64,000 bases of DNA from Pseudomonadota bacterium (GTDB taxonomy: Bacteria; UBA10199; 2-02-FULL-44-16; JBDRGF01): the NCBI GenBank assembly GCA_043818055.1, contig JBDRGF010000033.1, forward strand, positions 1 through 64,000, given 5' to 3'. Every line of letters begins with the position of its first letter. Within the stretch, counting starts at the first letter, position 1. The position numbers and the translations under genes were made by a program. The notes below the pieces were generated by a model. That model was not told the origin of the DNA, did not search any database, and saw nothing but the letters and a program-made list of their open reading frames with translations. Positions 41,513 through 52,155 of this stretch are shown one piece after another.

Positions 41513-43249
41513 TTTGCATATTCCACACTTCTTGCACCTTCCAATCTCACACATCGGGGTGAGTTTCGATTCTTTTGCCCTCTCCCATTCGCTCCAGAGA
41601 TATTCTTTTTTTAGATCGACGAAGATGTGATCCCATGGAAATTTGAAATCTTTGTCACACTCTTTTAGATAATCATCAACATCGATCTTCATCTCTTCAA
41701 AGGCTTGTCTCCACAGATCGAACCTGAAATGTTCATCCCACGCGTCGAATCTGCAGCCTAAGTCACATGCCCTTTCGATCAGTTTTGAGAGCTCCCTGCC
41801 GCCGCGGGAAAAGATGCCCTCCAACAGACTCATCTCGGGATTGTGCCACTTGTATTTTAAGCCCGGCCCCCTGAGATCCCTTTTTAATATGGCCTGTTTT
41901 CTCCTTGTCTCATCGATTGAAATCTGAGGGGCCCACTGAAAGGGGGTATGGGATTTGTGCACAAATGTCGAAGTCGAAACTGTAATATTGGGATGCCTGA
42001 TGTATTCTCTTCCGATCGAGAGGCATCTCTTTGCCAGCGCTGAAATGGCAAAGATCTCTTCATCCGTTTCACCCGGCAGGCCCAACATGAAATAGAGCTT
42101 GATATGATGCCAGCCCAATTCAAAGATCTTTTTCACAGACGCGAGAAGCTCTTCGTCATTATTGCCCTTGTTCATCATCCTTCTGAGCAACTCGGAAGCT
42201 GCCTCCGGAGCGAGTGTGAAGCTTGAAGAACGATCTTTTCCTAGCCGTTTCAAAATTTCATCGTTAAGCGCCTCCACTCTTAGTGAGGGCATGGAAATGT
42301 TGAAGGGAAGTTCCGATTGTCGTGCATCCACTGCCTGTAAAGCAGCGCTTAAGCCCCCCCAATCGCTGAGTGAGAGGGATAGAAACGAGAGGACATCGCA
42401 ACCGCTATTTTCCAGCTGAGCGATGGCGAGCCTGACAGCATCTTTCGACGATCTCTCACGCCATGGCCTGTAGATGAATCCTGCCTGACAAAATCTGCAT
42501 CCCCTCTTGCAACCTCTGGCCACCTCTACAATCGCCCTCTCATGCGTCGAACGATAGGGCACAATCGGACTTAAAGGGTATTTGGCATTGTCCAGATTTT
42601 CAATGTGTGCGCGCTTGATCTGTTTCTTGCTAAAATGATTGGGGACATAAACACCTGTGATATCACTTAAACCCGATAATATAGCATCTCTCTTACCTTT
42701 ATTATTACGGACGACCTCTCCGATCTTCAAGACGACATCTTCGCCATCCCCGATGACAATCGCATCAAAAAAATCAGCCACGGGCTCAGGGTTGAAAACA
42801 GAGCTTCCCCCTCCGATAACAACAGGATCTGAGTCCCCCCTCTGAATCGACCGCCTCGGAATGTGCGCGAGATCGAGGATGGTCAGAATATTTGTAAATG
42901 TCAGCTCATATGGCAGCGTGATGCCGATCACATCAAAATCGCGAAGCGGCTTTTGAGATTCGAGCGAAAAGAGGGGGATGCCCTCCTCTTTCAAATGGGA
43001 GGCCATATCGAGGCCGGGGACAAATGCCCTCTCGGCTAGCATCCAATCTTCATCATTTACTATATTATAGAGGATCGAAAGACCCAGGTGGCTCGTTCCG
43101 AGTTCGTAGATGTCAGGATAGATAAGGCAAAATTTGACTTTAGAATCATCCCAGTTTTTTTTACGCTCCCCCACCTCCCCACCTATGTAGCGGTATGGCT
43201 TTGAAACCTTGGGAAGTATCCTGTTTAATTTATCAGTTTTCATGAGCAC
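41510..43249 (-). CDS. TIGR03960-family B12-binding radical SAM protein
   Basis: KP.RYIGGE, YPDIYELG.SHLG, RGCKRGCRFCQAG, TLAPEA. Confidence 0.92.
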   Translation of the reverse strand: MLMKTDKLNRILPKVSKPYRYIGGEVGERKKNWDDSKVKFCLIYPDIYELGTSHLGLSILYNIVNDEDWMLAERAFVPGLDMASHLKEEGIPLFSLESQKPLRDFDVIGITLPYELTFTNILTILDLAHIPRRSIQRGDSDPVVIGGGSSVFNPEPVADFFDAIVIGDGEDVVLKIGEVVRNNKGKRDAILSGLSDITGVYVPNHFSKKQIKRAHIENLDNAKYPLSPIVPYRSTHERAIVEVARGCKRGCRFCQAGFIYRPWRERSSKDAVRLAIAQLENSGCDVLSFLSLSLSDWGGLSAALQAVDARQSELPFNISMPSLRVEALNDEILKRLGKDRSSSFTLAPEAASELLRRMMNKGNNDEELLASVKKIFELGWHHIKLYFMLGLPGETDEEIFAISALAKRCLSIGREYIRHPNITVSTSTFVHKSHTPFQWAPQISIDETRRKQAILKRDLRGPGLKYKWHNPEMSLLEGIFSRGGRELSKLIERACDLGCRFDAWDEHFRFDLWRQAFEEMKIDVDDYLKECDKDFKFPWDHIFVDLKKEYLWSEWERAKESKLTPMCEIGRCKKCGICK

Positions 43250-43521
43250 TCATCAATATCGGCCTCTCTCTTCAAAAGTTGTCTACTTTTGTCATTGACC
43301 ATAAAAAACAGCAACCGATATTTTGACTACAAAACTTAATCGAATATTATAGCTTTTTTCAAAGCATGTTGACGCGCTGCTCTTTATCATGTATCACGAC
43401 CCAGATTTTTTCAGCAAATTGATTTCAGCTGCAAGGCGTCGTGACAAATTTTTGTTTTTTTATATTCTCGATAAAAATAACATTTAAAACCAATAACAAA
43501 ATGATGAAAGGAGGATGTTAA

Positions 43522-44364
43522 ATGTCAAACGGAAAATTGTTTCTAACACCAGCGGAGGTACACAAAGCGGTATGCGATGTAGGTGCGGTCAAGACACAGT
43601 TATCAGCCTTTAAGATGATTCTGCTTGGAATTCTGGCCGGCGTCTATATCGGCTTCGGAGCGCATCTTTGTACCACAGTTGTAACAGGGATTGCACCCTT
43701 GGTCGGTTTTGGCATCACAAAGTTTTTGGGCGGCGCGGTATTTAGCGTAGGCCTGATGCTTGTCGTCATCGCCGGTTCCGAGCTCTTCACAGGCAACTGC
43801 ATGATTCCTTCAGCATGTTGCCACGGCCACGCAAAGTGGAGCCACATGATGAAGAACTGGACACTGGTATTTGTGGGGAACCTTTTAGGTTCGCTTCTTT
43901 TGGTCATCATCATCTACAACACAGGGCTCACATCAAATGATACAGTCGGAGTGACAGCGTTAAAAATCGCTTATAGCAAGGTTCATCTTGATTTCTGGCC
44001 TGCACTCTTCAGAGGTATTTGCTGTAACTGGTTGGTGTGTCTGGCTGTTGTTATTGCAACTTCAGCTCAATCCGTCGCCGGCAAGGTATGGGGCATCTTT
44101 TTCCCGATCATGGCCTTCGTCGCTTCCGGTTTCGAACATAGCATTGCCAACATGTACTTCATCCCGGCTGGCATTCTTGCCAAGGGAACAGCAGCTGGCG
44201 CAGCGTTCGTAACAGCCAACAGCGGCGCTGATCTGTCAACTCTCAACTGGGTAAGCATGTGGGATAATATCATTCCGGTAACCATCGGAAACATCATCGG
44301 CGGAGCGTTCTTCGTCGGCATGTGGTACTGGTACATCTACATGAGAGATACAAAGAAGGCTTAA
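43522..44364 (+). CDS. Formate/nitrite transporter (FocA/FdhC family)
   Basis: GSELFTGN, CNWLVC, GFEHSIANM, GNIIGG. Confidence 0.95.
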   Translation: MSNGKLFLTPAEVHKAVCDVGAVKTQLSAFKMILLGILAGVYIGFGAHLCTTVVTGIAPLVGFGITKFLGGAVFSVGLMLVVIAGSELFTGNCMIPSACCHGHAKWSHMMKNWTLVFVGNLLGSLLLVIIIYNTGLTSNDTVGVTALKIAYSKVHLDFWPALFRGICCNWLVCLAVVIATSAQSVAGKVWGIFFPIMAFVASGFEHSIANMYFIPAGILAKGTAAGAAFVTANSGADLSTLNWVSMWDNIIPVTIGNIIGGAFFVGMWYWYIYMRDTKKA

Positions 44365-44387
44365 ATCTAAAGCTTGAACGAAAAACA

Positions 44388-44421
44388 AAGACCCTCTTGG
44401 AGCAATCCAGGAGGGTTTTTT
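44388..44421 (+). terminator. Rho-independent terminator
   Basis: accctcttgga-gcaa-tccaggagggt followed by T-tract. Confidence 0.8.
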
Positions 44422-44496
44422 GCTTATATGTCGGCTTTAAATTCTACTTGGAAATTAATGTAACATTTTTGATACATATGTACCAAAAATGTTACA

Positions 44497-45345
44497 TTAT
44501 CTTTGCCCGATATATTGAAAATCGTCACTTATACAAATTTCAGGAAGGTATGTTGCTCGGATTATCCTTTGTGGAATTTTTTGATCAAACAGTTGAAGCA
44601 AATATTTGAGAGTTCCTGCTATTCCGTGTTTATATTTATTGGCTTTCAAAATAATATCGTTATATTCAATTCCAATTGAAAAGCCTCGTTGGTGAATAAT
44701 CTCGTTATCTCTGTATCTCTGTAAAACTTTAAAATCCTCCCAAAATCTTTGACTTTTATCAAAAACAATTCCTGTGAATTTGGGAATCCAAAAGTCAATT
44801 TTATCATCAAAACCTACTTTCATCTCTTTTGAATCATTCAGGTTGTCATTTGGATAATTATCATTCCAAATTTGTGCTTTTTCATTGATAAACGCTTCAA
44901 TGCTTGCAACGCCAAATACTATCGCTGTTTGTATATCCTGAATTATTCCTATTTCAATTCCTGTGTAAAGTCTTGAGAGCGAATAATTAAAAGAATGCAT
45001 ATAAGGACTAAAAGCAATGATGCCCGGGGCTTCAATTGTTTGTCCGATCTCTTGTTTTGGTAGTAATGTTTTGCCGTTAAATTTTCCGAGTTCACAAGCA
45101 GCTGAGAAACTTCCACCTAGAACATCTTCTACTAATGGTACACCTTCGTGAAAATTCCTACATTTCTCGACTGTTTTATTAAATATTTCTCCAGAATATC
45201 CCTGGTCTATATACAGTTGAATGACATCATCGATATCACCAAACTTTTCAGGATCGTCACTTTGAGCTAATTCCAGAATTAATTGTTTTGTTGCATTGAC
45301 TGACATTTTTTTAAAAGAAATTTTGTCATACAATAATTTTAACAC
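44497..45345 (-). CDS. Hypothetical protein, possible C-terminal HEPN domain
   Basis: ASIEAFINE and YRDNEIIH (RxxxxxH). Confidence 0.55.
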   Translation of the reverse strand: MLKLLYDKISFKKMSVNATKQLILELAQSDDPEKFGDIDDVIQLYIDQGYSGEIFNKTVEKCRNFHEGVPLVEDVLGGSFSAACELGKFNGKTLLPKQEIGQTIEAPGIIAFSPYMHSFNYSLSRLYTGIEIGIIQDIQTAIVFGVASIEAFINEKAQIWNDNYPNDNLNDSKEMKVGFDDKIDFWIPKFTGIVFDKSQRFWEDFKVLQRYRDNEIIHQRGFSIGIEYNDIILKANKYKHGIAGTLKYLLQLFDQKIPQRIIRATYLPEICISDDFQYIGQR

Positions 45346-45438
45346 ACCATTTACTGCTTAACACTTATAACTTATATCAGCTCAACACCATACACATCGA
45401 CTCGTTAGTAAGTCACCAAAAATTCTAAAAGCACCAAA

Positions 45439-46638
45439 TTATTTTACAACAAATGTAACTTGACTACTTATACTCTTTAGCAACATGTTCAACTCCAGAT
45501 AACCATCTGTTTTTAAAATAAAATAACCAAATCTAGACGTAAGATCTACAAACTTTTTAACATAATCCCCTTTACTAACTCCTATATTCCACTCTACGAC
45601 TTTAGGATTGTTTAGTACTTCCAAATTTTTAATTTCTAGTAGTTGCCCTGACTTCGATGAAGTAAAATTATTAATGGCAGAAAGATACCTACTATTAACA
45701 TTTAAATTTACATGGCCATTAGTTAATACGTTAAGGTATGCTTCATAAAAATTAAACTGGTAGCTATTTGTTATCAAATCTGGCAATAGACTCCCTGGTA
45801 AACGCCCTGCGCATTCAACCAGAATAATTTTGTCATCTTGTAACATCCATTCAGCATGTAGCACTCCATTTTCTACTTCAAGTGCTTTCGCAAGTCTTGT
45901 TTGATTCTCAATAATTTTAGCTCTTTGTAAGGAATTGAGATCTTTAGGTACTATGCGAATTTGCTTCGTTGAATAATCTGTGACATTTAGAAATATTATT
46001 TCTTTATTCTTTACCAAACATTCTACACTTACCTCATTACCTTCAATAAACTCTTCAACCATGAATTCCCATTTTATCGGACGATCAACAACTAATGGTT
46101 CTGTGGCATTAACTGTTAAATTAAATGTTTTCTCAATGTCATTTGGTGAGGAGATTTTATTAACACCAATACTCCCATCACGATTAGCCGGTTTAAAAAT
46201 GACGGGAACATCCTCGAAAAAATCCTTCAATTCCTCAAGAGATTCAATTTTTTTAAACAAAGGAGAATTAATCCCTGCCTTCAAACACAGCTCACGCAAT
46301 GTTAATTTATTCGTTAAGCATTGAGCGGCTTTCTCCCCCAATCTTGGCAATCCCAATAATTCAGCAGCTCGGCTTGCTGCGAGCACTCCAGCTTCACGTG
46401 CCGCGACAACACCAGAAAATTTGACTTGTGCACTCCACTCTTTAACAACACTCAAATATTCTTCACTCTGATGATATTTCGCTAATTTCAGACCCTTTAT
46501 TGATGCAAACGCGTATTTCGATTTATCGTCTTTTAGATAAACGTCCTCTTCCTCAATTAAATATACGTTTATTTTAACGTTACTTTTTTCAAGGGCTCGA
46601 ATAAAATATCTTTGGCGACCAATCATTAATATATTCAC
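45439..46638 (-). CDS. ATP-grasp ligase (L-amino-acid ligase-like)
   Basis: NK..LR, PVIFKP..GSIGV, VEEFIEGNEVSVE, LHAEW, VECAGR.PG. Confidence 0.9.
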   Translation of the reverse strand: MNILMIGRQRYFIRALEKSNVKINVYLIEEEDVYLKDDKSKYAFASIKGLKLAKYHQSEEYLSVVKEWSAQVKFSGVVAAREAGVLAASRAAELLGLPRLGEKAAQCLTNKLTLRELCLKAGINSPLFKKIESLEELKDFFEDVPVIFKPANRDGSIGVNKISSPNDIEKTFNLTVNATEPLVVDRPIKWEFMVEEFIEGNEVSVECLVKNKEIIFLNVTDYSTKQIRIVPKDLNSLQRAKIIENQTRLAKALEVENGVLHAEWMLQDDKIILVECAGRLPGSLLPDLITNSYQFNFYEAYLNVLTNGHVNLNVNSRYLSAINNFTSSKSGQLLEIKNLEVLNNPKVVEWNIGVSKGDYVKKFVDLTSRFGYFILKTDGYLELNMLLKSISSQVTFVVK

Positions 46639-48620
46639 TCTTTCCCTCCTAATTTGATTTCTTTCATAAGATGATCATAACCTTTTCTAATATTAGATAA
46701 TATTTCATTTAAATCCTCACGCAGAGGTTTTTGCGACAAATTTAATTTTCCATAAATAAATTCAGAGCAGGCTGGCACAAAGAGAAAGAGAATCCCAAGA
46801 AGATATTTCACAGCACGTTGAAGTATAATTTTTTCCCCATTTTCTAACTGCAAATCTTTTTCAAGCCAGACTCTTGGAATTGTTTTTCTTACAAGTGTCT
46901 CCACAACCAAGCGAGATTTAACATATTCAAACCGAGCTAAATGCTGGTCAATTTTATTAAGAACACCCACCAAATCAGTTACAACTTGCTTCAACAGCTT
47001 TTCATCGCCCCCCCCATTGATAAGTGTCTCGCCTTCGGCCATTGATGCAGACAAAATTAATTCAATGAAGTTATTGAGTTTCTTAGTCACATTATTGCCT
47101 AGTCTCAATTCAGCCTCAACTAAGGTACGATCTCGTCCAAGAGCAGTACCCAATGCCCACCATCTCACATTATCAGTCGAATACATATTAATATAAGGCG
47201 TAATATTTCCTGGCGAAAGAACTCTTTCTTTAAATGAATTACCATCTCCTTGTAAGTAACCATGAGAAACTATTATATCAGGTTTCAAAACCCAATCAAT
47301 CAAAGTGGAAAGAACAATTGTGCTATAATGCCAGCATTTTGCGCTTGCCAAACGATGAATCCTCACAATTTTCGATGGCACCTTTTTTAGCCTGCTGGCA
47401 ACTAAAGTGGCTGACATCGCTGCAACAAACATCGTATCCAAAACCATTATCTTCCCGTCCTCATTCTTATTGTCATTATTCCATACAATGTCACCATTTC
47501 CTAAAAATCCAAATGGACTCAAAACTCCAAATTTTCTAGATCTCGTAATGGGCCAATCATCACCTGTATCTGTCAAAAATTGGTGTAATATATTCAATCC
47601 CGTTTTGGGGTACCATTCAATTGATTGAGCGCTTGCCTTTATATCATTTATTTTATCTCGCAACTTAACAGTTACAGTAGGTTCGGAAGAGATTAACACC
47701 GTGTCATTACAGGTTTTATGTTTAGTCAGAAGCATGGAAATTTCCATCGTATCAGTAGAAATTTTCGGTAAAGGTATCTTTTGGAGCACTGATCGCGAAT
47801 AAATACTTATGCCAAGTTTCTTCATAGCTTTTTTGTGCAATGAGAAATACCAAGGTGATAGTTCGGGCCCAACTAGTACATATGAGTTGTTGGGAAAATT
47901 AGGCAAATAGGCTTTCAATACAGGAATCCTCGCATTGTTTATGACAAGAGGTTCCATTAAAGACATTTCTTTCATTGGTGATGAAACGGTTTGAATAAGA
48001 CAAGAAAAATATGAATCTTTTTTTTCTTCAGGTATGATCAGCTCAAAGCGTTTCCCCGAAACAGTTAGAGTATATTTGTTAATTACTCTTTTCTCATGGA
48101 TCTCATATAGCTGATGATGCAATACCTCTTTTCCACAACTTGGGCATCTCAATGAGTAACGAACGCCAGAATATATCAACCCTTTTTCCATTAATTCTTT
48201 ACATACATTATATGCTAAAATTTGAGTTTCCGACTGCACTGATGCATATTCATGGGACCAATGAGGAACATATCCTAAGCGTAAAAATTGTTTTTTTATC
48301 AATTTGATTCGATCCGCAACCTCATCATTGCACTGCTGCACATCGCCATCAAGAAGGTTTTCCAGCTCAATACTGTGACAGTCAAACCCCTGTGGCAACA
48401 AAACAGATATACCTTTTGATTCTAACCATAATGAATACGTCTCAGCTAAAACATGTGGAATAGCGTGATGAAGATGCAAAAACCGATCGGTGTATGGCGG
48501 TGGAGTGTCAATCAATACATCAACAGGCTCAAGCAAACTTCTATGGACGTTCTCCCACCGTTTTTGAGCATAGGCTTCGACATCAGACAAAATGATAGAT
48601 TTATTTGTTGAATAAAGCAT
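46635..48620 (-). CDS. Divergent valyl-tRNA synthetase paralog (class Ia), HIGH degenerate, KMSKS absent
   Basis: IDTPPPY...LHLHH, PQGFDCH, DWPITRSRKFGV, VLDT, Y.TD.VRWWAL..LG.D. Confidence 0.8.
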   Translation of the reverse strand: MLYSTNKSIILSDVEAYAQKRWENVHRSLLEPVDVLIDTPPPYTDRFLHLHHAIPHVLAETYSLWLESKGISVLLPQGFDCHSIELENLLDGDVQQCNDEVADRIKLIKKQFLRLGYVPHWSHEYASVQSETQILAYNVCKELMEKGLIYSGVRYSLRCPSCGKEVLHHQLYEIHEKRVINKYTLTVSGKRFELIIPEEKKDSYFSCLIQTVSSPMKEMSLMEPLVINNARIPVLKAYLPNFPNNSYVLVGPELSPWYFSLHKKAMKKLGISIYSRSVLQKIPLPKISTDTMEISMLLTKHKTCNDTVLISSEPTVTVKLRDKINDIKASAQSIEWYPKTGLNILHQFLTDTGDDWPITRSRKFGVLSPFGFLGNGDIVWNNDNKNEDGKIMVLDTMFVAAMSATLVASRLKKVPSKIVRIHRLASAKCWHYSTIVLSTLIDWVLKPDIIVSHGYLQGDGNSFKERVLSPGNITPYINMYSTDNVRWWALGTALGRDRTLVEAELRLGNNVTKKLNNFIELILSASMAEGETLINGGGDEKLLKQVVTDLVGVLNKIDQHLARFEYVKSRLVVETLVRKTIPRVWLEKDLQLENGEKIILQRAVKYLLGILFLFVPACSEFIYGKLNLSQKPLREDLNEILSNIRKGYDHLMKEIKLGGKE

Positions 48621-50025
48621 AGGGTAATTCAGTTTTATCCATGTAATTCATTTTTTTATCCAGCTGTGTCAAATCCTTATCTAATCCTTGCCAACGCCAT
48701 GAATACACCCTCATAAAATCCTCTTCTGAATTAACTATTTTCGGAAGAATTTTAGAAAGAGCAAACATCTGCTTATAGCTAAAATCAAAGGAGGGATTTA
48801 TTTTCAGGTGATCCCATTCAAGGTTAGAATCAGCCAAGGAGATGGAGGTACCATATTTTTTTTCATAATGCTTCAAGTTTCTGAATATTTCAGCTCCGGG
48901 AAAGGCATATAACGCACTACAGGTCAGAAAACCGATCTTCTTTTTGTTCTTCAAAATAAATTCGATTGTCTTCGATAAGGTTTCAGGAGTTTCTCCGATA
49001 TAGCCAATGATGAAGTTGCACCACAACTTGACCCCATTCTCATAAAAAAGATCTATTAATTCTTGGGACCTACACAAGTATTCTTTTGGATTTCGTGTCT
49101 TATTCATCCGCAACAGGATCTCTTCGCTCGCAGATTCCACCCCAAAATACACGCTGGTTATGTCCAGTTGTTTTAGATACTCGATCCATTTTTCATAATT
49201 AATATCACATCTTGTATACGCTTGAATAAGCAATTTATCCTTATGCGGAATAAGGTTTTCTAATAACTTCAACGTATTGCTCTCATCCATTCCAAATGTT
49301 GAGCATCCAATATTAACAAACAATTTTTCTTCATTATAGAGTTTATAAACTTCCAGAATCTCTGCAATAACATTCTGCCATTTTTTAATTTTAATTTTTT
49401 GCTTTGAGTCACTGTTAACGCAAAAATTGCATCGAAATGGACACCCCCTACTCTCCTCAACAGTAGGAATTTTTTGTGAATAGTTATTTAACAACTTATA
49501 GTTCAATGATCCCAGCTGTTCGAATGACAAAGATTTAGGAGGATTTACAACAATTTTATTGTTCGATTTATACACCAAACCAGGTGAATTTAAATAATCA
49601 GAGTCAGGAAAATTCCTTATCAGGTGCAATACTGTGGACTCGCCTTCATCGAAACACGCATACTTCAACTCTGGAATTTGGCTAAAAACATTCTCCCTCA
49701 ATCCGATGACATGCTGCCCGCCAACGATAACAAGCGTCTCTTTGAAATCGCTAAGTGCCTTAACCGCCGTCATCAAAGAACCATAGGAAAAGGATGAAGT
49801 ACAATTGATCGCTATAATCTTTACTGTATTGTTTTTCACAAAATCCAGGAGCTCACTCAAAAAGTTCTTTTCATGTTGGAAATCGAGTAGTTTAACCTTG
49901 TAACCATTATTGTATACGTAACTCGCAATAGATAGTATCCCAACGTTGATATTATTCTTTGTGTGCTTTGGATAATTCGTTTCCACAAGAGGATCGATAA
50001 TTACCAAATCATATACTTCACTCAT
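48601..50025 (-). CDS. B12-binding-domain radical SAM enzyme
   Basis: GILSIASY, IVGGQH, EGE, SRGCPFRCNFC, GVESAS, FIIGYIGET. Confidence 0.9.
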   Translation of the reverse strand: MSEVYDLVIIDPLVETNYPKHTKNNINVGILSIASYVYNNGYKVKLLDFQHEKNFLSELLDFVKNNTVKIIAINCTSSFSYGSLMTAVKALSDFKETLVIVGGQHVIGLRENVFSQIPELKYACFDEGESTVLHLIRNFPDSDYLNSPGLVYKSNNKIVVNPPKSLSFEQLGSLNYKLLNNYSQKIPTVEESRGCPFRCNFCVNSDSKQKIKIKKWQNVIAEILEVYKLYNEEKLFVNIGCSTFGMDESNTLKLLENLIPHKDKLLIQAYTRCDINYEKWIEYLKQLDITSVYFGVESASEEILLRMNKTRNPKEYLCRSQELIDLFYENGVKLWCNFIIGYIGETPETLSKTIEFILKNKKKIGFLTCSALYAFPGAEIFRNLKHYEKKYGTSISLADSNLEWDHLKINPSFDFSYKQMFALSKILPKIVNSEEDFMRVYSWRWQGLDKDLTQLDKKMNYMDKTELPYALFNK

Positions 50026-50041
50026 AAAACCCTCGTTTCAA

Positions 50042-51154
50042 TTAATGTTGTTCAACATCATCAGAAGCTCCGCCATAGCAATCGTTGTTGTAGTTATATT
50101 TCATAATAGGACAAAGTGGTATAATGACATTTTCCTCACATCTCGGATCTTTGATATTGATTTTATCCTTAAGCAGTTTTGCATATCCGATGCATCCACC
50201 ACCACACAAATTCCAGTGTCGACAATCACCACACTCTGATTTGATATACGACCTGTTTAATTGCTTCCAATTGGAATCGTCACCAATGATATCTTTGAGT
50301 GCGTATTGATTGACATTACCGAGAACAATCGGAACATCGAGCCCAAAAACGCATGGATAAACATTACCATCGCAACGTATCATTATGTATGTCCTCGTTT
50401 TAAATATTTGACTACATCCACCACCACAACCACTAAACTCAGAAATATCGATATTGGGAGTTTCTTTCCATTTCATATACGCAGGCTCAATAATGATATC
50501 CACATCACCTATTCTCTTATTCTTTCTTTTTTCAAGGATCCGTTTTGAAATTTGTTCATATCCATTTAGATACTCTTCAGGTAAGATCCAAAGATCGGGA
50601 TATTTGGCTCCCCGCCCTATCGCTGAAAAATAAAACCCAGAAACACACCTAACCCCCAAATTGCTCAGTTTTTCGACCAAGCCCGGGAAAGTAAAAAGTG
50701 TCTTCTTATTTAAAACGGCGTTAACTCTAACCTTCCAATTTAGATTCAGTGCAACCGCAATAGCCTGCATTGCCTTTTCATAAGCACCTTTACCACGGAT
50801 ATAATCGTTAATTTCTTTGTCTGATGAATCAATGCTGATCATGATTGATTGAAGCCCTAATTCTGAAAGCTCTTCTGCATATTTCTGGCTGAGCAAAACG
50901 CCGTTTGTTTGAAGGCGCACCTCAATGTTCAAATCTTTACAGTAAGCAAGAACGATTTTCAGATCTTCTCTCAACAAGGGCTCACCACCAGTTAAGTGTA
51001 TATGTTCCATTCCAAGCTCTTTGGCTTGATTAATGACATCTATAATTTGGTCAGTAGAAAGCTCAGGCAACTTCAGTTCATTCGATGAAAAACAACAAAC
51101 CTTACAGCTAAGATTACACCTATTAGTCATATGAAGATCGAGTTCTTTAAGCAT
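50042..51154 (-). CDS. Radical SAM/SPASM enzyme
   Basis: CNLSCKVC, TGGEPLL, DGNVYPC, CGDCRHWNLCGGGC, DPRC; start placed at ATG 51154 overlapping the upstream gene end. Confidence 0.92.
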   Translation of the reverse strand: MLKELDLHMTNRCNLSCKVCCFSSNELKLPELSTDQIIDVINQAKELGMEHIHLTGGEPLLREDLKIVLAYCKDLNIEVRLQTNGVLLSQKYAEELSELGLQSIMISIDSSDKEINDYIRGKGAYEKAMQAIAVALNLNWKVRVNAVLNKKTLFTFPGLVEKLSNLGVRCVSGFYFSAIGRGAKYPDLWILPEEYLNGYEQISKRILEKRKNKRIGDVDIIIEPAYMKWKETPNIDISEFSGCGGGCSQIFKTRTYIMIRCDGNVYPCVFGLDVPIVLGNVNQYALKDIIGDDSNWKQLNRSYIKSECGDCRHWNLCGGGCIGYAKLLKDKINIKDPRCEENVIIPLCPIMKYNYNNDCYGGASDDVEQH

Positions 51155-52145
51155 CGGTAATACCTTTTTTGTATGCCTCCGCAGCGATAAGACAAAGTGA
51201 ATCAACACCCAATCCACCTCTCTCTATAAAACTGCTCGCGGGACATCCCTTTTTGCAGTTGGTTGAAAAATCACAATTCAAACAAGCTGTATTTGCATTT
51301 TTTATTGCCTCAGAACGAAACGCTTTTAGCTTCGACCAGGACTCCTTGCCCAACTGACTCAAAAGAATGCAAGGTAAAAATTCTCCTTTTGCATCAAGGG
51401 CAAATATCGAGTTGCCAGCATCACATTCACAAAAGGGCATATTTGAAATGGTCCTCTTTGTGTTAATTGTCAAAGATGTATATTTCTTTCTGCAGTCATT
51501 AAGTATTTTACTTAATTGTGCTTGTGTTGTTGCATTGGCAAGAAAATTACTTTTAGTATTGTATGGCATCAAACCTAATAGCGTAACGGACTCAACACCC
51601 AACTGATGACACATTGCTATTGTTTCTGTGAGCGTGGCCATTGTTTCTTCAGTCAACACAGAGATGATATGAATCATCAATCCATTCTTAATTAGCAATT
51701 CTATTGCCTTGATTGTCTTACCCCAAGCCCCAATCTGTTTTCTGTGTTTATCGTGAACGCTTGCATTTGAGCTTTCCAGCGAAACAGAGATTTCACTTAA
51801 ATAAGATGCTAATATTTTTACATTCCCTTCATTCACCAATGTTGCATTCGTACAGATATCCACATTAAAATTTGACTGATGCAATCTTTGGATGAGTTCC
51901 TCCAACCAAGGTAGCAAAAGTGGTTCACCCCCTGAAAGAATGACGTCTTTAATTCCTTGTCTTTTCAGAAATGGAATTGTGTTAAGCGCGTCTTCATAAC
52001 TCCATTCAGCAACCGATTGCCCATAGCGGTGACATGTCGGACAGTTCAAATTACACCTTGTCGTAAGCTCCCAAAGCAATCGTCTATCCGTGCTTTTGTT
52101 TGGGCTGCGGAAACAACATATGCTGTTGTAATAGTTGTCTGTCAT
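51147..52145 (-). CDS. Radical SAM/SPASM enzyme
   Basis: CNLNCPTC, SGGEPLL, CDAG..GEFLPC, CLNCDFSTNCKKGC. Confidence 0.92.
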   Translation of the reverse strand: MTDNYYNSICCFRSPNKSTDRRLLWELTTRCNLNCPTCHRYGQSVAEWSYEDALNTIPFLKRQGIKDVILSGGEPLLLPWLEELIQRLHQSNFNVDICTNATLVNEGNVKILASYLSEISVSLESSNASVHDKHRKQIGAWGKTIKAIELLIKNGLMIHIISVLTEETMATLTETIAMCHQLGVESVTLLGLMPYNTKSNFLANATTQAQLSKILNDCRKKYTSLTINTKRTISNMPFCECDAGNSIFALDAKGEFLPCILLSQLGKESWSKLKAFRSEAIKNANTACLNCDFSTNCKKGCPASSFIERGGLGVDSLCLIAAEAYKKGITDA

Positions 52146-52155
52146 AGTAATTCCA

